This document shows positions 54,382 to 64,000 of a DNA stretch of 64,000 bases, piece after piece. The stretch is from Macrostomum lignano (lineage: Eukaryota), in assembly GCA_002269645.1 (NCBI GenBank), contig NIVC01000977.1, positions 248,001 through 312,000 on the forward strand, in the 5' to 3' direction. How positions within the stretch are numbered: position 1 is the stretch's first letter; each line of letters begins with the position of its first letter. Position numbers and translations under genes: made by a program. The notes beneath the pieces were generated by a model. That model had not been told where the DNA came from, ran no database searches, and saw nothing but the letters and a program-made list of their open reading frames with translations.

Positions 54382-57300
54382 GGCTGAAAGGGTTGTGGTA
54401 AGAGTACAGATACAAGAAAATACATGAAATTAATATAACCAAGTAAAGTAGAATTATGAAATAATATAATGAAATAAACTAGAACTATGCCAAAAAAACT
54501 CCAATATGCCTAGGCCTAGCTAAAACAAAAGGCACAACACAAAGGTTTATAAAAACTAACAACTTACTTGGAGACAAGTAGCCTAGGCCAAGTCAAACAC
54601 AGCCCAAAATTTTAAACAAGTTAGATAACGAAATTATAAAATAGAACTAAGTCAAGATAAAATGATATGATAGGGCCTAAATGAGATATATACATTCAAA
54701 AATTATTAAGAGTATTGTAGGCCCTACCATTGCATTTCCACTAAATTCATTTATTACAAGATGGAATTAAGGATGTCCCTATTTTAAAATAGGCCTAACC
54801 GCCTAATGCACCTAGATGGCTAGACCGCCTAGAACTAGCCAGCTAAATGGTAAGTACTTAACTTAGCTTTCGATGTAGTATTAAAGACAAAGTAGGCTAG
54901 TAAGAGAGTTGGCTCAGGCAAAACGCCTCTTATGCCAATATGTGACAATATATTTATGTTTATTCGTAAACGAACGTTAAAATGCAAAACAAGTTTTTCT
55001 AAATACCGTCGAAATATAAAACGAAATATAATGCCCAGGACTCGAGCGAGCCCGATATCACGCGGTTTAAGAAATTGAATCGCCGCTCTTTTGTATAACG
55101 ATAAAAATTGACGTTACAATCATAATTTCAATAATTCAGAAAAGTGTTTACGAGATTTGGCTGAAAGTGCTTAAATTAAATATCATTAAATTTTGACTTA
55201 TCTGTGTCGCTGTCAGCTTTGGATAGTACACACGCTATAGTGTCTACCAATTTATATCGAAAAAGTACGAATTTCCGCTGTCTTATGGTTTCCCATACAA
55301 TGTACAATATATAAAGCATACAAGTTTATTATCTAAGTTTAAGAATTAAGTATTAAGTATTTTAGTATCAAGTTATAAACAAAATTTAAGTTTGTTATGG
55401 GTTTCGACCTTCGGGCTCCTTGTTAGCGAAGCCTTCGGGCCTCAGGCTCAGAAATAAATCAATTAGAGTCCTGGCCCCCCACTCCTGTCAGATGGTCAGC
55501 CCCATGGTAGCTTGATCGTGTGGCGAGCAGTCTAGGTCCTATAGCTAAGAGAGGGACAGCGAGAGACAAGCAGGGAGAATTTTGAAGGTAGAAATTAGCT
55601 AGCCCGCAGACTAAGCTAACTCGCTGCCACCAGCCCGTGCGCCCTGGCTCACCACACCGGGACTCTCGAAATCGGGCTTCCGACTAGAGGGGGCTTTGCA
55701 CTTACCTGCCAACTAGTGTCTTTTTGCTGTCAATCTCGAAGTCATAGCCGATGATAAGGGACACTGCTGGGACTAGATCGCATTGGCCATGCAGGTACAG
55801 AGGGGACTTATGCAGGGGATTCTTGCAGTGGCGAGTCTATGGGGTAGCTACATGTACTATTACATTGCTAAATACGAAGATATGTACTTTTGGCCTTCAA
55901 CGCGCCAACTAGCCTCTCATAGCGCTGATGATAGACTAACTCGAACTTCAGAGACCGCATGATTCATTACCCGAGCCGCTTGGCTAACCTAGAGTGCACA
56001 AAGTACATCTCTGGCGCCGATTCTGCACTTCTGGCAGTTTTGCTCACTGATTTGGTAAATCGATCGACTGAGAACCGCCTTGCCATTGGTCCACTGTGAC
56101 CGGCGCCTACTAGCTTAGCTACTCATCTGAGCCATCGGCGAACAAAGAAACAAAACCGATAAAAATAACTGTTAGATTTAACCTTCTCCTTAGATCACTT
56201 TACACTTCAGATTGAATTGGAGTTTAGACTACTAGCAGTATTTTTGAATGACTTCTGCCTCAGTAACAGCACTACTGAACAAAATGAGCAAAAGTGTGCG
56301 CCTAATTCAGCTACCGAAACAGGGGACAGATAGGGGATCACCCAATCAAGCAAGTCTAGGTAGCCTCTCACCCAACCAATCAGAAACTCAACAGCCGGAG
56401 ACCAGGTAATCCACAGTGACCGAATCGGCTTGATGCTCTGCAGCTGTAGACTCGGGATGATGCTGTCACGATCTTCGCTGTTAGCTAGCAGGTGATGCTC
56501 TTCACTTGATGTTCGCTGCTGATGACCGGGGGACTCGTCCTTGATGATGATGGGGGGGAAGTCGCAATCCGGGGATCAAGAAACGACGGTCAGGCTCCGG
56601 GAGGTCTCTAGCTAGGCCAAGTTCCCAGGAGGGTGAGGTCCGAGCGGGCCAAAAACTCCGGTTTAAATAGCCGCCAACTCGACCGCAGTTTGTTATAATG
56701 GAACACGTCGATTCTGATTGTTTTGGCTGAGCCGTTTTGTTAAAATGAGCGTCGAATTTTCTGATTGGCTAAGCTTGTTGCTACCCAGAATCACGTGACC
56801 GAATGATCCTATCAGTTCCCACAGGGTCGTAAAAAGATGACAGGTGCGGCCATAAATCACTCAAAATCGCAACAAAATGATTTATGACTTTTCGCGTAGG
56901 ATTGACAGAAATTAATGAAAAAATATACACTAGAAAGCTCTCATTAAATAGAAAGTGAAGATAATGAAGAGAAATCGCTAATCGCTAATCCCAAAGTACT
57001 TTTAGGGGTAAAACGCATAGCTGTCAAAGCTGTCACACGCTTGAGTGAACCCGAACAATAGGCTCTGACCTCATAAATCTTGATGGCCTGTCAAAATGAT
57101 GAGAAAAAAGCTATCACCCGCATCCTCTCAGACCATCTGGCGCCCGTCTCAACACTGAGTGAGGCGCAGGTGGCTGTCAGACCAGCTTCGAAAGCGATGA
57201 TTTATGACCCAAAAAGCAATGCCTATGTTATTATGACTACTAGTATGACCAAACATTATATCTAGTATAGATTCTATGGCTATTCGCAGAAAAAGGATAA

Positions 57301-59260
57301 AAATGCCCATTGCCCACTGTTAGTAGGCAAGTAAGTTTAGAGCCCATGTGCTAGCGCGGGATTTGGGAAAAAGTGCGTCCTCATCATTTGGTTAATAAGT
57401 GTAGCACAACAGACGTTGCAAATTGTGAGAGAAAGTCACATGACAGATCTTGTTTTCTTGGAGTCCTAAAGTGCAGTAAACATGTTTACTGCACTTGCTG
57501 GTCCTGTTTACGGAAGAATCACGTGCCTATGGCCCTTCCCTTCTCTAGTCATCGAGTCACAGCCTAGTGCACTCCGCCCGGAGACCCCCCCTCAGGGACG
57601 TCAGGTCTAAAAATTAAATGGAACAAAGTCACGAGGACTTGTGCGCATTGGGGCAGTGGTGAATCCCGCGCTATAATTATGGACCCTCTCACCCTTTTTT
57701 CCGTCAAGGAGGTTTCCCAGGCTTCTAATTTCCGATTGCAGTGTTCTCGAAGTGCTTAATTTGTGTCTGCGTACGTTTAACTCATTGCTATTGGTCTTAC
57801 TGAGACCCATGCATCTGAAGACAACCCCAAGCCTGCGAGAGGCTGACACACAGCAATCCCTTCCACTCACCAAGCCCGGCAGGATCTGCTGACGAGACGC
57901 CTTGTTAAGCTGCAAATCTGCACGTTGTGCTGAGTTCGATCCTTCGTCTTAAGTTATTTCGTCCCGACGGAGACTCACCTCACCGAACCCGGAGACCCGA
58001 CGGACTGGTGGCAGCACTGCCCATAAGTACATGTATATCTTTCTTTTTTATGGAACTGGGCCGGTCATTCACATTCATTCCCTTTCTGCTCATTGGGGAT
58101 AAAGCCAGCCCCGCTCCCCAACTAGATGAAATCTCGGTTCTCAATCAAACACTGGGTGTCATAGACAATGCCAACGGCTCTCCTAAAAATACACAAGTGC
58201 AATATTTTAGCCAATTCACGCGATAACGGCTGACGCGCGGCCGGTGGCCTCCGGTTCTAGAAGGTCTCCAGGCAAACTTATTAACCTCGGCCTCTCCGTT
58301 CGTCTGGATCGGGATCGTCTACGATTAAGTAGAAAATTTAGGGTAAGGGAAAACTAGTTTATATTTTAGGTAGCACAGGTTGCACTAAGGAGTCGTGGCT
58401 CAAAAGAACCTGAAGAAGTCAAAACCATAGCACATCATAAGAAATAGTAGGACAATGTGGGTGTTTTACTATCTGCTAATATCTGTTAAAATGTCGTTTG
58501 TGATACATGTACTTCAATTAATTTTTTGTTTTTAAGGAATGGACAAGTCATTTCTCATTAGATTCCTGTCCTTATTCTTTTAATTTCTCATGCTAGGACA
58601 AGGGGAATGCCGGGGCTCCTGGTGGCAGAGCTAGCGAACTACAAAACATCTGTATCTACTAAGATTAAAACAAGAATAAACCAGTATAGCCTCGATCACA
58701 CGGGAGCCATACCACTAGCAATGGGATCATGGACACACAGACAATCTTGATCGATCTCTGCCCTAACTTTTATTCTATCCACATGACGTGTCAATCTATT
58801 GTCAGAAAAGATGGAGGTCCCAAATATTTGCTAGTAGCAGGCGGAGAGTCCCGTTTTATTCTCGCTTAGCCTAGCAACCGGGGCCTTTGGCCACCCTGTC
58901 ACAGTTGGAACATTTTCTATGGTTCAAGCAAGCAGTTTAAGTAAACATTCTTTTGAGGTGGGCATGTTAGAGGTCGAGGCCTGAAGTCGACTCAGTATGT
59001 GTGGGGGAAAAACAGAAGATTGTACCAAGGACAACTAGTGGTCCTTAAATCGCCCATGTCGTAACAAAACTGCACGGCATCCAACAGCAGCGGAGTCCAT
59101 TAGCAGGTCGCTTCTTTATTGGCTACCGCTGCATGCAGCCTCAGAAAATGCTTTATAATGGTACGAAACTTGCGGAATCGACTATAATGGTACGAAACTT
59201 GCGGAATCGACTCAAACACCGATTCAACTGACTCAACGAGACTCAAGGGAATCGAACAAC

Positions 59261-60312
59261 ATGCTGACGGATCTGATTTCGCCTCTGCCTCTGCTGCAGC
59301 TGCTGTTGCTGGCTGTCGCTGGTCGAGCCGAAGCTGCAAGCGGCTGTACAACGCGCCACACTCTGCAGCCGCTGCACAGCGACTCCTGCGTGCCTGACGC
59401 CGATCTGCAGCGTCAGCTGCGGCTGCCGAACGCGCAGCTCATGCCGGGCGCCTTTGACGCGAAGTCCTGCGCGATGGCCTGCGCTTTCCGACCGAGCGCG
59501 TGCGCGGTCGCCCAGTTCCGCTTCGTGGCCCGGCTGTGTCACGTGACTGCGGAGCTGCCGCGACCGGCCAGCGAGGCGGAGGCAGACGGCACGGCGAGCC
59601 GCGGCGACTGCGTGGCGACGCTGCTGAGACGCGACGCTTCCGGAGCGACCGGCTGGAAGTTTGCCGCTCGGCTGTCGGCCTTCTTCGACTTCCGCATCTC
59701 CGACCGGAACCTCGGCGTCGTCGGTGTAGGCTCGCCGCTCTCCGCGCCTGCGCAGCTCGTCGGTACCGCCGTGCGCAACGCGTCGGGCGCCGTGCTGCCC
59801 GGTCGGCTCGACTCGTTCGTGAAGATCGGCGTGGCGCCGCCGGGCTTTCAGGCCTTCGCTTCGTCCTCGAAGGAGTACACATTCTTCTTCGGCATCGCGG
59901 GAATGGCCAGACGTACCTGCTTCGAATCGTGCCTTCCAGCAATTCAATCAGTATATTCTGCTCGTTCGCGTATTTTTCGGATGGTGACATGAGGTTCGCC
60001 AACTTGTTCACTGAAACAATCGGCTACGTGACGGACAACTCCATGCCGCTGGCTGCAAAGCAGAAGTTTTTTATTGGTGCAACCTATAGCAATGCTACGG
60101 CTGCCTCCACTGCTCTCTTCAATGGCACGACTTACTCTGTCACGCAGTATAACAGCTACACTCTCAGTGCCGGCACTGTCTTCGACGAGATCCGGCTTGG
60201 ATCAGAAGGAACAGGTGATGTATACTCTTTTAAGGGAACGATAATCTGCTTTGCGATGGCTGCAGTGGCCCTGTCGCCTGAAGAATTCCAGGCCTTGGGC
60301 TCCGTCTGCTAA
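59261..60312 (+). CDS. Secreted PAN/apple-like + LamG/ConA-like protein (~350 aa), broken by a 1-nt frameshift near 59900
   Basis: Hydrophobic leader (LPLLQLLLLAVAGRAEA), CAMACAFRPSACAVAQF...LCH, and a C-terminal FKGTIICFAMAAVALSPEEFQAL like LamG ends. ORFs 59261-59992 and 59500-60312 join at FGIAG/NGQTY; the span is 1052 nt, one base short of in-frame. Confidence 0.7.
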
Positions 60313-60506
60313 CCTTGCAGACGTGTTTTGTACTTTAATTTGCTAAAGATCTTACGGACTGAACAGAAAGGATACAGCTTCACACCAGCTAGTTTAACCT
60401 CCATCATTGTAAGGTCAGCTTCTGTCCTAATTCCTCTATTTTGATCATCTCTAGGCAACCAAAATCCTTCCTCCCATCCCCACCATCCCCACCCCCCCCA
60501 CCACCA

Positions 60507-62960
60507 ATATACTAAAAATGAAAATCTTGTATATGCGCAATCGATTATCTCCAGAATGGCTGAACCGATTTTCATGAGACTTGCACTGTTCGATCAGAAA
60601 TTTTCCTATGACGGTACATGTGTCTTGGCTAAGAAATTGCTCGATGCTAAAGGCATTAAATATTCGAAAAACATGCTTTTTTGCAAAGGTCAAGCAGCTC
60701 TTTCGACTTGAAATGCATTGTAAGAATGCTAGAGAAAAAACTGACTGGTTGAATTCTGATTCTGAAATAGATTATATCACATAAGCTTTTTATTTATTGT
60801 CTGTGTACTGGCTGAATTTTGACACTGAATTCAATTGCGTCACAGTGTTGAAAATGTAGTGTGGAAGCATATAGCACTAGACTTGATTTAGATTGCGTAA
60901 CCATATTGTCAACTTTAATTGAGACTGATACTGACTTGCCTGAGAAATTGATTATGTCATAACTGCTCAGTGAGTGAGTGTTGAATTATATAAGTGCTAC
61001 AATTTCATTTATAAATTCGTTAAGAGCTAGCCTAGATGTGAACAGACTGGACTGCTAATGCAGCGACCTGGGTTCGAATCTTAGTAGTGGAAACTTTTTA
61101 TTTTATTGAAAGCTTTTATTAAGGACTATTAAAGGACTAAAGGCATCATGTAAACAATCATTGAAGCGTCATTTAAAAAATTATAAAAACGTCATGTAAA
61201 CAATCATAGAAGCGTCATGCAAACAATCATAGAAGCATCATGAAAAAATCATAGAAGCGTCATGTAAACAATCATAGAAGCGTCATGTAAAAATCATAGA
61301 AGCGTCATGAAAAAATCATAGAAGCGTCATTTAAACAGTCATAGAAGCGTCATGTAAAAATCATAGAAGCGTCATGAAAAAGTCATAGTAGCCTCATGTA
61401 AAAAATCATAGAAGCGTCATTTAAACATCATGTAAACAATCATTAAAGCGTCATTTAAAAAAATTATAAAAACGTCATGTAAACAATCATAGAAGCGTCA
61501 TGTAAACAATCATAGAAGCGTCATGCAAACAATCATAGAAGCATCATGAAAAAATCATAGAAGCGTCATGTAAACAATCATAGAAGCGTCATGTAAAAAT
61601 CATAGAAGCGTCATGAAAAAATCATAGAAGCGTCATGTAAACAATCATAGAAGCGTCATGCAAACAATATAGAAGCATCATGTAAAAAATCATAAAGCAT
61701 GTATCATAGAAGCATGTAAACAATCATAGAAGCATCATGAAAAAATCATAGAAGCGTCATGTAAAAAATCATAGAAGCGTCATGTAAAAAGCATAGAAGC
61801 GTCATGTAAAAAATCATAGTAGCGTCATAAAAAAATCATAGAAGCGTCATGTAAACAATCAATCAAGTGTCATTTAAAAAATTAAGAAGCATCATGGAAG
61901 AATAAAGGAAGCGTCATGTAAACATCAAAAGAAGCGTCATGTAAAAATCAAAAGAAGCGTCATGTCAGACATGAAAGAAGTGTAATATAAAAATTAAATG
62001 AAGCTATAGTGCTGTGCTGGGGAGAATTACTGAGATGTCAAGGCTCACAGAGAATAACTGAGATTACGAGGGGGTTTCTGAGAAGTCAAAGCAAAGTCAG
62101 AAGCTACTTCAAAGTTCATGTACTTTACTCAATTTTTTATTACATTCTTTGTTGGCTCGCCACGGGGGGGCGCTGATAGAAGAAGAGTCATGTAAAAAAG
62201 AAAAGTAGCACTATGTATACATAAAAGAATAGTCATCTCGAAGTTAAAAGATTCATTTGGGAATTGCTACGATGTCAAGGCTTGGAGGGAATCGTTATAG
62301 TGCTTATAGTGATTCTTAAAGAAGGAATCACTAAAATGTCAAGGCTTAGGGGAGAAGAATTTTGCTGAGCTTTCAAGACTTTAGGTTGGGTTAAAGTAGG
62401 TTTAGGTCAGTTTTGGGTTGAGGGTTAGATTTTAGCGGGTTTCAAGGTTAACAGGGGATTTTTTAGATTTCAAGGTTTATGGGGGCATCGCTGACATGTC
62501 AAGCCTTACGGGGGGGGATGTAGCTGAGATGTTAAGGCTCACGGGGGAATAAATGAGATGTCAAGGCTAAAGTCAGAAGCTACATGTAGTTTATTGAAAA
62601 CTTTTTATTACATTATTTGTTGGCTCCTCAGGGGAGGGATCGCTGATAGAAAAAGCGTAATGTAAAAAATAAAAGAAGCTTCATGTCGAAGTTAAGAGAT
62701 TCATTTGGGAATCCCTACGATGTCGAGGCTTGCAGGGAATCGCTATAATGCTGTAGTAGTGCTATAATGACTCTTAGAGAGAATTACTGAAATGTCAATG
62801 CTTTAGGGTTAGGGTTAGGGTTAGGGTTAGGCTAGGGTTAGAAAGTAGACAGATTTTTTAAGATTTCAAGGCTTATGGGGGCTGAGATGTCAAGGGGGAG
62901 TTGATATGTTAAGGCTTGTGGGGGGAATTGCTGACATGTCAAGGCTTACAAGGGACTGCT
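60507..62960 (+). mobile_element. Non-autonomous Helitron-like element, copy 2: tRNA-like segment, 23-bp array (61140-61980), diverged internal duplication and TTAGGG run
   Basis: Head ATATACTAAAAATG...AGAATGGCTGAACCGATTTTCATGAGACTTG; reverse-complement homology to 51390-52651. The 3' end is not defined. Confidence 0.55.
61025..61090 (+). pseudogene. tRNA-Ser(GCT)-like segment
   Basis: A-box-like TAGCCTAGATG, loop CT-GCT-AA at 61052-61058, B box GGTTCGAATC at 61071-61080. Confidence 0.45.
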
Positions 62961-62963
62961 GGG

Positions 62964-64000
62964 TGTAGCATGCGCAGGCAGGCAGTTCGGGCACCTAGTT
63001 TGCACTCCGTGACCCCCACCCAGCCTATCCACTCCCCTCTGCTCGAGCACATCCCAACGCGCACTCAATGAACCGGAAATCTGTGACCAGACAATAAATA
63101 TACAGGCACAGCCACATTCTATTTCTCCACCTTTTTGAGTGGCTAACTAACACTCGCAATAACCAGCCAGAGTTGCTCGCTACATTGGCGTCGCAAGCCA
63201 GAACCCAATGGCGCTACTACAGCTACAGCCGCCATCCGCATTCAGCATCAGTGCGGACCCCCACACCGTCAGCAAGCGCTGGACAGAGTGGGCCACCACA
63301 CTAAAGCGATTCCTGGCAGCATCAGGAATCTCGGACGACGCCCAGAAGCAGGAAATCCTCCTGTACACCGCGGGTAAAAAAGTTGCAGACATCTTTAAAG
63401 AGATCTCAGAGTCGCGTCCCGCCCCTGATCAGCCGGAGCAGCAAACGCTCGACTCACTCATAGCGGCGCTAACTCAGCACTTTCAAGGACGCGACAATGT
63501 GGTGTTCACCCGGTACCAATTCCGCCAGTGCACGCAGCTGGACGGGGAAGCCATCGACAGCTGGTAAAACCGACTGTGCAACGCGGCTGAGGCCTGCCAG
63601 TTCGGCGAGCTGCGTCAGTCCCTCATCCGCGACCAGATCGTCGCCTGCTGCCGCAGCGAATCCCTCCGAAAGCGGCTGCTCAATGTGCCCAACGTCAGCC
63701 TCCCCGAGGCCCTCCAGCTGGCGAGAACAAACGAAGCAGCCAGCCAGCAAGCGGCCATCATGGAGCGCTCGGCAGCCGGACGAGCTGAAGAAGTGCATGC
63801 GGCTCGCGACAAGCGCCCGCCAGGCGCATGCCAGCCAGCCCGGCCGACAAATGCCTGCGGTGCGGAGAGCCCGGCCACCGCACTTGCAACCGGGCCCAAG
63901 GCAAGCGCTGCAGCAACTGCGGCAAGCTGCACCACCTGGCGAAGGCGTGCTTAAGCGGCCGCGCACGCATCAACATGGCAGAGCCTGAGCCAGAGGAACC
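62964..64000 (+). mobile_element. Ty3/Gypsy 5' LTR, PBS and decayed gag, continuing beyond the window
   Basis: LTR 62964-63184 with TGTAGC...GCTACA termini and AATAAA; PBS-like TTGGCGTCGC at 63185; gag from ATG 63208 with premature TAA at 63565, a later frameshift, and knuckles CLRCGEPGHRTC and CSNCGKLHHLAKAC. Confidence 0.85.

Noticed and set aside
59243-60011. Antisense ORFs over the PAN gene, and similar ones over the integrases, gag and TCF exons
   Set aside because: Shadow ORFs of GC-rich coding sequence on the other strand.
61025-61090. Functional tRNA gene
   Set aside because: Acceptor and D stems do not pair and there is no Ser variable arm; kept only as tRNA-derived.
62803-62841. 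TTAGGG telomeric repeats
   Set aside because: Only ~6 units, partly degenerate, inside a repeat element; not a chromosome end.

Overview
Eukaryotic (metazoan) genomic DNA with spliceosomal introns, dense minisatellites and many transposon relics. The repeat and gene families suggest a free-living flatworm such as Macrostomum; this is an inference and no search was run. Most long ORFs in the track are translations of tandem repeats. Genes supported by the sequence: (1) 0-17 kb, three same-strand pieces of a Mab-21/cGAS-like nucleotidyltransferase family, including a ~36-ankyrin exon spliced in phase to an exon with an intact GS...DxD NTase motif, with no downstream exons found; (2) a complete 5-exon TCF/LEF HMG-box gene (34552-44789, 491 aa) with no recognisable beta-catenin-binding motif or C-clamp, preceded by a cluster of TCF sites; (3) a 2-exon RNase PH-family gene resembling exosome subunit RRP46/EXOSC5 (minus strand); (4) a secreted PAN/apple + LamG-like gene with one frameshift. 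Mobile DNA: three Gypsy fragments with LTRs, a solo LTR, a degenerate Penelope-like element, two MITEs and two inverted copies of a Helitron-like element carrying a tRNA-like segment. Best leads are the ankyrin-cGAS-like receptor locus and a possible Wnt-induced repressor-only TCF feedback module.
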